IMG/VR virus record: IMGVR_UViG_3300033074_000984
Strand: one strand, 5' to 3'
Origin: a virus
Taxonomy: Duplodnaviria; Caudoviricetes
DNA: 64,000 bases
Made by a program: the position numbers and the translations under genes. The notes under the pieces are model-generated. The model made no database searches. It was given only the letters and a program-made list of their open reading frames with translations, and was not told the DNA's origin. Of this stretch, positions 46,924 to 57,104 are shown one piece after another (position 1 is the first letter of the stretch; every line of letters begins with the position of its first letter).

Positions 46924-47119
46924 AGCGAGTTCGCTCTATGTGGAACGAGCTGCTGGAAGAGCTTTCAAGGCGCATGACTGTACAGTGTCCGTCTTGCGGC
47001 AGCGAGCTCTTTTACGTAGAGCGATCGGAGGCCCTGTTCGCAGACGTCAGGTGCGCACACCCTGACTGCGAGAAGCGCTTTCGATGGGTGCCTATCGTCA
47101 ACTCTCTCGTGGAGCACTG

Positions 47120-47719
47120 ATGACGCCGTTTGAGTGCTACGTCAGGCTCCTAGCTCTAAAGGCGCACTTCGCAGGCAAGTTTGACTTCTTCAAGTACAAC
47201 GGCAAGGTGCGCGCGAGCGTAGCGAAGTTTGAGAAGAGCGCTGACGCTCGATTCTATGAAAAGATAGCTGCTAACCCGGACCCCGAGGAGCTCATGCTCT
47301 CTGGGGTCCTAGTCAACTCTAGGATTTACGTGCGTGACGTCGTGCGAGACCCTCTCGTAGCCGCTTATCACGACGCTCGGCTCGGCAGGGTTCAGTCGCT
47401 GAGCTACCTCGTAGACAAAGAGCTAGACGCTCTTGGAACGAGCCTGACCGACGCTCTCGTTCCTGTCTCGGGTCGACACCCACTCATCCTTCGCGAGTAC
47501 CTAGCAGAGCGCTTGTCGCTTGAAACGATGGCCGCGGTCGCAACGACCGTTGACGCGACGCGAGCGTGGAAGAGGTCTCTAGACCCACACGACCCAGTCC
47601 TAGCCGCTGCGATCCTCTTAACTCGTCGATACGAGCCGTTCATCAGGTACGACAGGAGCGCTATGCGAGACAAGATCATGAGGAGGCTGAGAGCGAGCGT
47701 GCCAGACAACGATACATAG
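47120..47719 (+). CDS. 59: Helicase loader (gp59)
   Basis: FECY..LKAHF..FDFFKYNGK, LSLET, RYEPF. Confidence 0.85.
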   Translation: MTPFECYVRLLALKAHFAGKFDFFKYNGKVRASVAKFEKSADARFYEKIAANPDPEELMLSGVLVNSRIYVRDVVRDPLVAAYHDARLGRVQSLSYLVDKELDALGTSLTDALVPVSGRHPLILREYLAERLSLETMAAVATTVDATRAWKRSLDPHDPVLAAAILLTRRYEPFIRYDRSAMRDKIMRRLRASVPDNDT

Positions 47720-47775
47720 CTGACATCCAACTACAGATGCACAGCGAGAAATAGATGCAAAAGCAAGGAAATCAG

Positions 47776-48753
47776 ATGGCATATTCGTTCGCAGAGATGA
47801 AGGCGGCTAGAGACGCCGACAAAGAGAAGCTGCTCAAGCAGCTCGACAACATGGACAAGCGTCGTCGCGAAGACGACGGGACCTGGTGGGTCCCTACCGT
47901 AGACAAGGCCGGAAACGGCGTCGCGGTGTTTCGATGGCTCCCCGCTCCTCTAGGCGAGACCGACACCCACGTGAAGTGGATGGACCACGGCTTCAAGGGT
48001 CCAGGCGGCTGGTACATCGAGAACAACCTACAGAGCATCGGCCTCGACGACCCGGTCTCGGAGATGAACTCCATGCTCTGGGCTCAGGGCGAGGGCTCTG
48101 AGGGACGCAAGCGAGTGTCGGGCGGAGGACCGAAGGGCTCGCTTAACGAGTTCGGCACGAAGCGTCGCCAGCACCTGGCGAGCAACATCTACATCATCTC
48201 TGATCCCGCGAAGCGAGAGAACGAGGGAAGGGTGTTCCGCTTCAAGTACGGGCCGAGGATCTTCTCGAAGATCAACGACCTCATGCACCCCGTACTCCCT
48301 GACGACCCGATCATTAACCCGTTTGACCTGTGGGACGGCTGCAACTTCAAGCTCGTGATTCGTCGCGAGGACGGACAGCGCAACTACAACTCATCCGAGT
48401 GGATCAAGCCGCCACAGCCGTTGTTCAAAGACGACGCGAAGATGGAGGCCGTTTGGAGCCAGTGCCACTCACTCGCGGCGCTGATCGATCCCAAGAACTA
48501 CAAGTCGTACGACGAGCTCAAGAAGAAGCTCGAGCGCGTCATGGGTGGGAAGCCTGCTCCAGGTTACGAACGTGACGACAACGACCCGCCAGCTCGCGAG
48601 CCAGCACCGCGGCGATCTTCCCCTGCCCCGGCAGCGCCCGCAACTGGCGCTAGGAGCTCTGTCTCAGAAGAGGTAGAGCCCTGGGAAGAGAGGTCAACTG
48701 AGGACGAGGACCCCGCGTCCTACTTCGCGAAGCTCGTTGACAAGGACGTCTAG
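47776..48753 (+). CDS. 32: Single-stranded DNA-binding protein (gp32)
   Basis: DKAGNG.A..R.LP, HGF.GPGGWYIEN, NEG.VF.FKYG, NPFDLW.G.NFKL, YF.KL. Confidence 0.95.
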   Translation: MAYSFAEMKAARDADKEKLLKQLDNMDKRRREDDGTWWVPTVDKAGNGVAVFRWLPAPLGETDTHVKWMDHGFKGPGGWYIENNLQSIGLDDPVSEMNSMLWAQGEGSEGRKRVSGGGPKGSLNEFGTKRRQHLASNIYIISDPAKRENEGRVFRFKYGPRIFSKINDLMHPVLPDDPIINPFDLWDGCNFKLVIRREDGQRNYNSSEWIKPPQPLFKDDAKMEAVWSQCHSLAALIDPKNYKSYDELKKKLERVMGGKPAPGYERDDNDPPAREPAPRRSSPAPAAPATGARSSVSEEVEPWEERSTEDEDPASYFAKLVDKDV

Positions 48754-51700
48754 TCCGTATCCTTGTTGATCTTCTCTTGACCCTTAGCATGGGGGGGAGG
48801 CACGTCTGGCTTCCCTCCCTTTTCTTCTTTGTCTTCCCCGCCACCGCTCTTTTCAGAGCGCACGTGCTCTACCGTGCTCTCGCTCTTCTCCTCGCCACCG
48901 CCCTTAGACGCTTCTGGCGCCTCTCTCGGCTCGTCCTTCTGACGCGGCGCCTGATCCGCCTTCTCTGAGAGCTCGTCTGACGTCGTCGAGTCCTCTGTGC
49001 CCTTTCCAACTCTTCCTGGACTAGAGTCTGCGTCTGGTGCCGGCGGACCCATAGAGCTGAGATCTGCTCCTGTAGCCCTGCCGTCTGAGTCTCTAGCGTC
49101 TCTTACGAGGTCGCCGAGCGGCTTCGGCCTCTTACTTGATTCCGGCTCGGGCGCGTGAGACAGTGGAGAGTCTGGCTCTGCACCAGTGGGCTTGGCGCTT
49201 GGGTCTGCCCAGCGCTGCTCTATCAACGCTCTCTCTCTAATGCGCTGGTCTATTCCCGAGCTGAGCTGGTCAGTGGGTATTCCCCACGCGTTTGCGTATC
49301 GCTTGTCAAGACCGTTCTTCCAGCTCCCCACGATGCCACGAGAGCCGTAGAAGTCGTTGTGCATCATGTCGCCCGCGCCGTAGCCTCGAACAGCTCCACC
49401 GCTGCCCGGAAAGTACATTCCGGGACTCTGCTGACGAGCCAGTGCAGGGTTGTTCTTTCGCAGCCAGAGCTGAACGTCCTGATTGAAGCGCTCGTACATT
49501 CCCCAGTTGCTGCGGCTGCCGGCGTACTTCGCGTGCGCGCCCTCGTGCTCGCCCTGGATGTAGTTCCCGAGTATGTTGTGATGCTCGTCGCGAATGCGAT
49601 AGTCCACAGCGGCGTACTTCGAGTGGCCCGTGCTGCCTGGCCTATAACCAGAGTACGCCTCGGCGCTGTATCCAGGAGGAAGGTACCGACTGGCGTCTCG
49701 ATACGCGTCTAGCATCACCGCTCGTCGCGGGTCTCCTCCAGAGCTGTACTGCGGCGTGGTGGAGAACCTTACGTCTCCACCCGCACCCGTAAAGCGCTGT
49801 CCCCCGGCTCCCCACACAGGGCCTGGACCAGTCATTGCAGGAGCCATGACCGGCTGAGACGTTGACGGCTGAGACGGCATGGGGTGTAGCGACGCGAGCT
49901 GCTGCTGTATCTGCATGTGCCTGGCGTCTAAGAATCGACCGTCACCGCTCGGCGTGCCAGCAAGCGTGCCTGTTCCAGAGCTCTTGTCTGGGTAGTTGTT
50001 CCACCTCACGCCACTAGACTGTATGTTCTCTAGGTTCGCCGACCTAAACGCGCCGAGCGTCGTGACGTCCTTGACCCCCTTGAACGCGTCGTCGCCGAGA
50101 GCACGATTTATCGACTGGGCTCCAAGAGAGAAGCCGTACATCGCGCTCGGTCCAGCGCCACCGGCCGCGCGCTTCTTAGCCTCTTCAACAGCTGCAGCTG
50201 GAGAGGACGCGCCGATCGTTACTGGGTCATAGCCCCTTGCACGAGCGTAGCTCTCAAACGCCTCTTGGTTCCAAGCGCCGTTGAGGCCCTTGAAGCCGTA
50301 CATATCACCGTTTGAGAGACGCGTAGCTCCTGCCCCCGTGTCTCCGACACTCGCAGTGGCGCCCTTCGGCGCACCAGCGCTAGCAGGCACCGGCTGCTTG
50401 AGGGTCGGGCTAGGGCCGGTCTGTACGAACTGACTGGTCTCGTCTCCAGTAGACAGTCGTGGGAGTCGCTTTACTCCCTCTACGTCAGCGGCGTGCGTCC
50501 CGAACGTCTCGGAGCTGTTTATGCTGTCACCCGCAGTTTTACCAACCGCGAAGTCGCCGAATGGGCTACCAGTCCTTCGCGCCAACGCGTTCCTAGCGAC
50601 GCTGCCACTGGCCTGACCGGTAGACGGCATCCCAGTAAACTCTTCTGTCATGTGCGAGCCCTTCATGACCTTTTGGTCAAGAAGCTCGTTAGTCTGCTTC
50701 ACCCACCAAGCTGGCGGGTTGCGTTGGACGTTAAGGCCCTCGTAGTAGCCGCCCTTCACCGTTGACGGCTTGAGGTCTGTCCACAGCCCTTCCCGGTCAT
50801 ACCGCTTCGCGTAGCTCTTACCTGACAGCGCTCGAGCCTGAGCGCGATCGAAGTGCTGCTCAAGCCACATCTGATGGTTCTTTATGCCCTGTCCCCTAAC
50901 CTCGCCCCAGCTCGCCTGAGCGAGCTTCATGCGAAGGTTAGGGTCTTTGATCTGCTCTTCGTATCGACTACGGTCTATGCCACCCTTGAAACCAACGGGC
51001 TCGAATCGTCCCTGGTTCCTCGGGTCCATCGGCGTCTTGGAGAAGTCTGCGGGTGACAGGGTCGCACCGTACCTCTCAAAGCCGCCCTTTCCAGACATCT
51101 TGGGATCGAGCATCGCGCCCGACTTAGAGAAGAAGCCGGTGCCCTGCTCTAGGCCAGACGTGTTCTTCTCGCCGGCTCTCGTTATCGGCGGAGTGAGTTG
51201 CGCCGGCGGAGAGAACGAACCGGACCTGTAGTCGCTCGTCTGTCCGCTAGAAGAGAAGGTCGACGGGCCCGAGCCCATCTTCACTGCATACGGCGTATCA
51301 CTCCACGCGCGCGCTCGCTGCTCTGGGGAGCCCGTGTCGCCGTATCCGGGACCGACCGCACCAGACCCACTAGACGGCCCTGAGCCGTACGAGCCCCTGC
51401 CGCTAGATCCGGGGCCATACGTGTCTGAACCTCCCCCGGGGCCGTATGACGGCGCCCCCTGAGAGTATCCCGGGCCCCAGTCACCGCCGTAACCCTGACC
51501 TCCCCAGCTTGACCCGCCACCAGACGGACCAGGCAGCGCGTTGCTGAGCCGACCAGACCACGACGGAGCTCCAGAGCCGAACGACGACCCGCCACTAAAA
51601 GCTGGTCCTCCACCTATGCCGGATCGTGACGTGAAGCCGCCGCTCGATCCGCCACCTGAGTACGAGGCGTTCTGAAACCCGCCTGACCCGGTGCTAGACC

Positions 51701-52451
51701 CAGCAGAGAACTCACCAACGTCAAAGATGATCTTCTGCGCACGGAACCGTATCTTGTCCGCCTTTATTGTCAGCTTTCTTGACTGCTGCCCACCAAAGCT
51801 GGCTTGTCTGAAGCCCTCGTTGGATCCGAACGACGAAGAGGCGTAGTCGTCGCCGAGTGGCGTTTCAGAGCCGTCTCTCTCGATCCTTCGAAAGGATCCA
51901 GGCACCATTTGAAAGCTCGTAGGGTCAGGCTTCGGTGTCCAGCCGCCAGAGTCGGGAGCAGACGGGCCAGGTATCGGCGCAGGCGGCTCGGCCTCTTGCG
52001 GCTGAGACGACTCTCTAGACTGTGCTGGGGCGAGGCTGCTGGCTTCGTCCTCCTTCTCGTTAGCGCTTGACGCGCCTGCCATGCTGGCGGCGCCGGCAGC
52101 TACAGACGCCAGAGCCGCGCCCTTAAGAAGCGAAGCGAGCACGCCTGACTCTTTCTTTCGAGAGTCTTCTGCCTCAACGCTCTCACGTCGCATGTCCGTG
52201 AGGGTGGCGTTGATCCTTCCAAGGTGCTCGCTTATGTTCTGAGTCGAGAGGCTGATGTCTTGAAGGACGCTTGGCACGTCACCCGGCTCAGTCGACCCAG
52301 CTCGAGAGCTCTGTCCCTGAAGCGCTGCCGGCGCCTCTCTGCGCCTTGATCCGCCACTTGAAGAGATGCCGAGCGCTTGTCTTCCTACGTACTTACCCAC
52401 GGTGCCAAGGGCGCCGACCACTCTCGTTGCTACCGCTGCAAACGCTGCCAT
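48750..52451 (-). CDS. Large Gly/Ser-rich tape-measure/hub-like protein with putative hydrolase and M15-like peptidase domains
   Basis: Lies next to gp51/gp26; GFSLG; SGYR....H....VD...H. Confidence 0.6.
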   Translation of the reverse strand: MAAFAAVATRVVGALGTVGKYVGRQALGISSSGGSRRREAPAALQGQSSRAGSTEPGDVPSVLQDISLSTQNISEHLGRINATLTDMRRESVEAEDSRKKESGVLASLLKGAALASVAAGAASMAGASSANEKEDEASSLAPAQSRESSQPQEAEPPAPIPGPSAPDSGGWTPKPDPTSFQMVPGSFRRIERDGSETPLGDDYASSSFGSNEGFRQASFGGQQSRKLTIKADKIRFRAQKIIFDVGEFSAGSSTGSGGFQNASYSGGGSSGGFTSRSGIGGGPAFSGGSSFGSGAPSWSGRLSNALPGPSGGGSSWGGQGYGGDWGPGYSQGAPSYGPGGGSDTYGPGSSGRGSYGSGPSSGSGAVGPGYGDTGSPEQRARAWSDTPYAVKMGSGPSTFSSSGQTSDYRSGSFSPPAQLTPPITRAGEKNTSGLEQGTGFFSKSGAMLDPKMSGKGGFERYGATLSPADFSKTPMDPRNQGRFEPVGFKGGIDRSRYEEQIKDPNLRMKLAQASWGEVRGQGIKNHQMWLEQHFDRAQARALSGKSYAKRYDREGLWTDLKPSTVKGGYYEGLNVQRNPPAWWVKQTNELLDQKVMKGSHMTEEFTGMPSTGQASGSVARNALARRTGSPFGDFAVGKTAGDSINSSETFGTHAADVEGVKRLPRLSTGDETSQFVQTGPSPTLKQPVPASAGAPKGATASVGDTGAGATRLSNGDMYGFKGLNGAWNQEAFESYARARGYDPVTIGASSPAAAVEEAKKRAAGGAGPSAMYGFSLGAQSINRALGDDAFKGVKDVTTLGAFRSANLENIQSSGVRWNNYPDKSSGTGTLAGTPSGDGRFLDARHMQIQQQLASLHPMPSQPSTSQPVMAPAMTGPGPVWGAGGQRFTGAGGDVRFSTTPQYSSGGDPRRAVMLDAYRDASRYLPPGYSAEAYSGYRPGSTGHSKYAAVDYRIRDEHHNILGNYIQGEHEGAHAKYAGSRSNWGMYERFNQDVQLWLRKNNPALARQQSPGMYFPGSGGAVRGYGAGDMMHNDFYGSRGIVGSWKNGLDKRYANAWGIPTDQLSSGIDQRIRERALIEQRWADPSAKPTGAEPDSPLSHAPEPESSKRPKPLGDLVRDARDSDGRATGADLSSMGPPAPDADSSPGRVGKGTEDSTTSDELSEKADQAPRQKDEPREAPEASKGGGEEKSESTVEHVRSEKSGGGEDKEEKGGKPDVPPPHAKGQEKINKDTD

Positions 52452-52452
52452 G

Positions 52453-55128
52453 CTACCTACTCGTTATGCTCGCTGAAGAGCCGATGTCTGCTGCGGACGA
52501 CAGCTCGTCCGCCGTACTTGAATCGCTTCCTGGTGACCTGCGAGCTCTTGGAGTCGTTGGAACGCCGCGCTGTGGCTGAGAGCTGCTCGAGTCTATCACG
52601 ACTGTTCTGGTCACAGTTCGAAGGCTCGTCTCGTTAGCAGCGCTCGTCGCTGCGCTAGACGCGGCGAGCGAAGCCTCTGCAGCGGACCTTGACGTCGTGA
52701 CACCGCTCAGGAAGGCCTCAGAGCTGACACCAGAGCCCCCCGATCGGTCTGCACGCGGCGACCCAGGAGGTTGAGGCGCAGACGGCTGTGCCGGTGATCC
52801 CTGAGGCTGTATAGGAGCCTGGCCAGCCGTGTCCGTGACAGGCTTTCCGTAGTTCGCGTGGTACTTGTCCATGTCATCGGGAGAGACGACAGGCGACGCG
52901 AGCTGCTCACTCGAGAAGTTACGAGCGCTTACGCCGCCCGACTGAAAGTGCATCCTGTCATACGGCACTCCCGAGTTAAAGTGTCCACCCCAGACGAACT
53001 TCTCCTTTGGGTAGTACTTCTCCTGGTACTGACGAGCTGCCAGCGCCATTCGCTCGTAGACGCCGTAGCCCGGAACGCCAGGGCTGCCTATGTACGGCAC
53101 CCTCTTGTTGTTAGAGTCGTATATCTGAAAGTCAATGGCTCTGCCTGACGGGTGCCAGGGCGTGCCTGTCGATCGCGCGTCTACGGTGCTGATGACTCGA
53201 GCGTGATACCCCTCTGGAAGGCCCTTCTCCGCGGCGAACCGAGACGCCTCTACCAGCCAAGGTCGAACGTGTACGTCTCCTCGCTGGTAGCCGTGCGCGC
53301 CTGACTCGTCGAGTGCAGAGCTCTTGCCGAGAGGCGGGGGCCGTTCAGAGCCGCCGGTTGTCGGCCCAGAGTCATAGCCAGAGCTGCCAGAGCTTGGCGA
53401 GCCGCTCAGTTGAGACGAGCCTATGCTCGGCGACGAGAAAGACGGGGCGGCGACGTCGCCTCCCCCTATCTCACCAGCAGACCCGCCAGCAATCGAAGGC
53501 ATCTCCATAGACGGAGCAGAGCCACCGGCATCTCTTGGCGGGGGAGCGTAGTAGTCACGGCCAGGGCTGGATCCGCCGTACGGAGTCGCACCGACCGCCG
53601 CTCTCGGACCAGAGCCGCCGTAAGACGCTGCCACGAAACCGTTCGACGAGCCGTAGGACCCTGAGCCAGTCGCGAGGCCGTTAGGCGCTCTGCGCTCCAA
53701 CTCTTTAGCCTCGAACACGATCTCGTTAGCGTCAAACACGAGCTCGTCGAGTCGTATCTCGTCAGAGCTTCCAGACATGCTGGTCGGTGTAGCCCTAGGC
53801 TTCGCCTCAGACCGCTTGTCCGACTGCTCTCTCAGACCCTTGTCTGTCTTCTTCTTCTTGGCGCCGTTTAGATAGCCGCCGATCGTCTGCTTGCCAGTTA
53901 GTACGTCTAGAAGAGTTGACGGCTCGTAGTCCTCTGGAGACGCCTCTTCAGTCCTCTTTCGCTCTTCAGCTCGCTTTCCTATCTCTTCAAGGAACTTTCG
54001 TCGTCTCCACTCAGTCACGCCCGCGAGTATAGCAGCGGGACCGAACCTTAGCGCGTACGGCGTGGCCCACCGCAGAGCTGCAAGGCCACCTCTTCCCGCC
54101 CAACGCGCTCCCTTAAGACCGGCTGTGCCGGCTATTCGTAGCCCCTTTAGCGCTACGCGAGCTCCAGTCCGTACGCCGCGACCGAGCGCTCCGAGGCCCA
54201 ACTTTGCTCCTCGTAGCATGCGCTTAAACGTGCCAAGACCCAACAGTCCGCCCAGCAGCTTCTTTAGCCAGCCACCGTCTGACGACCCAGAAGGGTCTGA
54301 TGAGCCGTGCATGGCTGATCCGGCAGCAGCCCCTCTCTTGATACCACTCAGGCCGTCGGCCATCGTCTTCACGAGACCCTCTATGCCTGCCACGCTCACC
54401 CTGATGGCTTCTACCTGTTGAGGCTCTACGGAGCTCGACGACTGCTGATCACTCTGAACAGAGCGAGGACGTCGAGCTTGTGGCGGCCTTCGCGTAACCT
54501 CTGATATGCTGGGCTTGAGTCCGACGGCGTTAAGCGCTGAGTACTTCACGACGCCGCTGATCATGCCGGACGGCGTACGCCCAGACATTGAGAGACTCTT
54601 CGCCAGGCTCTTGCCACCAACGCCGAGAGCGAGACGTGTCAGAGCCCCGAACGTAGAGCCTACTACGCCACTCTTTCTCTTACGTCGTCTTGTCTTTAGC
54701 CGCGCTCTCGGCCTCTTCTCCGTCTTTGTCTCGTCAGCCTCTTCTGGCTCAGACTCGTCTTCAGCGTCACTCGGCTCCTCTGGAAACGAGAGGCCCATGC
54801 GCTCCATCTGAGCGTCAACGTCTTTCTTAGAGCCGCCAAACTGCTGCTTGACGAGCGAGTACACGTCTTCACGAGACAAGCCCTGATCAACGAGCTTCTT
54901 GAGGAACGCTGCGTTCTGCTTAGACCACGGACCGACGTCGTCTCCTCGATAGCCGCTCGAGGAGAACGTCAAGCCCATGCGCTTCATCTGCTCATCGACG
55001 TCCTCCGCCGACCCGCCAAAGTATCGCTTTATGATGGAGTAGACGTCGTCGCGAGACGTTCCCCGCTCTACGAGCTTCTTTAGGAACGCTGCGTTCTCTG
55101 CCGTCCAGGGGCCTGAGCCGGTGCTCAT
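52453..55128 (-). CDS. Large tape-measure/hub-like protein with tandem N-terminal HTH repeats and an M15-like peptidase domain
   Basis: Two 50-aa repeats; R....WHPSGRAIDF..WGG..DRMHFQ. Confidence 0.65.
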   Translation of the reverse strand: MSTGSGPWTAENAAFLKKLVERGTSRDDVYSIIKRYFGGSAEDVDEQMKRMGLTFSSSGYRGDDVGPWSKQNAAFLKKLVDQGLSREDVYSLVKQQFGGSKKDVDAQMERMGLSFPEEPSDAEDESEPEEADETKTEKRPRARLKTRRRKRKSGVVGSTFGALTRLALGVGGKSLAKSLSMSGRTPSGMISGVVKYSALNAVGLKPSISEVTRRPPQARRPRSVQSDQQSSSSVEPQQVEAIRVSVAGIEGLVKTMADGLSGIKRGAAAGSAMHGSSDPSGSSDGGWLKKLLGGLLGLGTFKRMLRGAKLGLGALGRGVRTGARVALKGLRIAGTAGLKGARWAGRGGLAALRWATPYALRFGPAAILAGVTEWRRRKFLEEIGKRAEERKRTEEASPEDYEPSTLLDVLTGKQTIGGYLNGAKKKKTDKGLREQSDKRSEAKPRATPTSMSGSSDEIRLDELVFDANEIVFEAKELERRAPNGLATGSGSYGSSNGFVAASYGGSGPRAAVGATPYGGSSPGRDYYAPPPRDAGGSAPSMEMPSIAGGSAGEIGGGDVAAPSFSSPSIGSSQLSGSPSSGSSGYDSGPTTGGSERPPPLGKSSALDESGAHGYQRGDVHVRPWLVEASRFAAEKGLPEGYHARVISTVDARSTGTPWHPSGRAIDFQIYDSNNKRVPYIGSPGVPGYGVYERMALAARQYQEKYYPKEKFVWGGHFNSGVPYDRMHFQSGGVSARNFSSEQLASPVVSPDDMDKYHANYGKPVTDTAGQAPIQPQGSPAQPSAPQPPGSPRADRSGGSGVSSEAFLSGVTTSRSAAEASLAASSAATSAANETSLRTVTRTVVIDSSSSQPQRGVPTTPRARRSPGSDSSTADELSSAADIGSSASITSR

Positions 55129-55439
55129 CAGTCTCCCTTAGCAGCTCGCGCTATGATGTCTCGCTTCTCTCGACCGCGAGACCAGGCGTAGACGCCGAGT
55201 ATCGCTCCGAAAGAGAGGTGAAAGAGCCCCGCGCCTTGAAGGGTTATTGGGGTCCAGACAATAACCGGTACGCCCAGAAAAAAGCACCACCAAGGCATAA
55301 AGATGGGCGCGACCATGAAGTCGAACGCGCATATGGTCAGATAGACCCAAGCCGCTGCGGGCCTCCACCAGCGCTTGAACGCGCTGTTCTCTGTGATCTC
55401 GATGTCGTCAGCCGCTCGACTTATCTCGCTCTCTGTCAC
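55128..55439 (-). CDS. Holin-like membrane protein (3TM holin family)
   Basis: WRPAAAWVY...DF..P..W.P.TLQGAGLFH..GAILG..AWSR..EK; CTAAATA at 55473-55479 on the minus strand. Confidence 0.75.
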   Translation of the reverse strand: MTESEISRAADDIEITENSAFKRWWRPAAAWVYLTICAFDFMVAPIFMPWWCFFLGVPVIVWTPITLQGAGLFHLSFGAILGVYAWSRGREKRDIIARAAKGD

Positions 55440-55716
55440 CCTCGCCCCCTCGCGCTTCTATCATCCTACGCTTATTTAGGGCAGCTACGCGCATGAGGTC
55501 AGCCATGTCGTCGTTGGACACTGCTTTCATGTCGAGAGAGGTTGGGTGCTGCTCTTGAGACCCCCCGTCTGTCGCCCCACGACGAGCGTTGAGCATATCG
55601 ACATACAAGTCGCGCTCGAACGGTACGAGATCGTTGATGTCGGCTATGCTCCAGCCGTGATCTTCTACTAGAGCGAGTACGGTCTTGTAATACGAGGAGA
55701 GGGTCGAGTTACTCAA
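55408..55716 (-). CDS. 51: Baseplate hub assembly protein (gp51-like)
   Basis: YYKT..L...H.WS..DI..L.PFERD.Y. Confidence 0.75.
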   Translation of the reverse strand: MSNSTLSSYYKTVLALVEDHGWSIADINDLVPFERDLYVDMLNARRGATDGGSQEQHPTSLDMKAVSNDDMADLMRVAALNKRRMIEARGGEGDRERDKSSG

Positions 55717-56426
55717 CCCAAGTCGAAAAAATCCGCTAACGTGTTCAGCGTCACGCGCCGATCCCTACCGAGAGAGTTCTTGTAAGCTACGACGTACTCG
55801 AGCCTGGGTGCAGAGTCAAGGTACTCGCGCATCTTAAGCAGGCTACGCATGTCAAGGCCGTCGATGAACTCCTCTATGTCCGCGTCTGTCATGCTCGATC
55901 GATCGTAGACGGTCTCGCCGTCCCAGACGCTCTTCACGCAGCTCTTGAGCACCTCATAGACGGCGTTCTCCTCGTCCAGCTCCGAGAGCCTCTCGTCACC
56001 GTACACGCCAGCCGGTGGGTATCGCAGCTCTACGCCGACGGTGTCTGTCACGCGAACGCGTGAGTCTATCGTCGTCTCCGGCCTCTTGACCTTGATGTCA
56101 GATATCTGGATATCAAACGGGTACGTCTGTTGGTCCTCGGGATCGAGGTATCGCACGGTTATGACGCCGTCTACAGAGATCGCGCGAAGCTGCAAAAAGA
56201 GCCACTCTACGTCGAGCACCGTAAGGTCGTCTACGTCAAAGCCCTCACGCAAAGCGCACAGGTTCACCACCTGCTTAATCGCCCTGATCATGTCAGAGCG
56301 AGACCCTGAAGTCTTGGCCATGAGGAAGAGCTTCTCCTCTCGAACGGTGTACGGCCGAAACTTCTCCTTCTTGCCGAGAGAGGGCACGAGTATGTCATGA
56401 ATCGGGAGAACGATCTTTGGTAGCAT
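55713..56426 (-). CDS. 26: Baseplate hub subunit (gp26)
   Basis: MLPKI..P..PS....RPYTVREEK..L, DVEWLFLQLRA.S, LRYP, DFF. Confidence 0.88.
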   Translation of the reverse strand: MLPKIVLPIHDILVPSLGKKEKFRPYTVREEKLFLMAKTSGSRSDMIRAIKQVVNLCALREGFDVDDLTVLDVEWLFLQLRAISVDGVITVRYLDPEDQQTYPFDIQISDIKVKRPETTIDSRVRVTDTVGVELRYPPAGVYGDERLSELDEENAVYEVLKSCVKSVWDGETVYDRSSMTDADIEEFIDGLDMRSLLKMREYLDSAPRLEYVVAYKNSLGRDRRVTLNTLADFFDLG

Positions 56427-56441
56427 TCACTTGTCCTGCTG

Positions 56442-57104
56442 TTAAACTACTGCCTGCTGCGCTCCGAGCACCATGTTCCACTCCTGGAACGTGAAGCTCA
56501 CGACGAGTCTCTGTACAGAGTTGATCATGCCCCACCCAACTGGTCTGTCTGCCACCATGGTCGGAAACGCGTGAGTGAGGTCTATCTGCTCTATCTGACG
56601 GCCCGTGGGGTCGTACTGTCTAATATTTATGGGCGCCGTGTATTGGTCTGGATAGTCGATCTCATAAGACGGCAACCTTCCTCCAGCAGAGGCCACAGAG
56701 CCGATGCCCAGCGACTGCCCAAAGTTGACTATGGAGTTCAACCACGAGTAAAAGAAGCTCTGCACGAGTCCGCTCTGATCGACTATGAAGCTCACGGCGA
56801 TGTCAGAGAACACAGCGTTTATAGCCTGCTTCCTTATCGGCCCGAAGCCGTACCTCTGCACCATCTGCGTACCGACAAGCGTGCCTGGCAGGCGACAAGT
56901 GTCGGCTCGAAGCAGGAGCATTCGCGACACGTCAGTCGAGAGCATCTCCCTTCCAGAGTAAGAGCCGATAGAGCTCGGAGCGCCGAACGCGTTCCCTGGA
57001 CCAGAAAGCGCTGGCGGCACTGTTATCTGCACCTCGAACGAGTGCTGCTTAAGGTAGCCGCGCTCAGCCAGCTCTCCCCGCATATCCGATAGCTTGAAAG
57101 GCAC
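56442..57104 (-). CDS. 54: Tail tube initiator (gp54-like)
   Basis: LPG, F..W...I, Y..P..I.QYD, AFP, L.V.F.F. Confidence 0.7.
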   Translation of the reverse strand: MPFKLSDMRGELAERGYLKQHSFEVQITVPPALSGPGNAFGAPSSIGSYSGREMLSTDVSRMLLLRADTCRLPGTLVGTQMVQRYGFGPIRKQAINAVFSDIAVSFIVDQSGLVQSFFYSWLNSIVNFGQSLGIGSVASAGGRLPSYEIDYPDQYTAPINIRQYDPTGRQIEQIDLTHAFPTMVADRPVGWGMINSVQRLVVSFTFQEWNMVLGAQQAVV

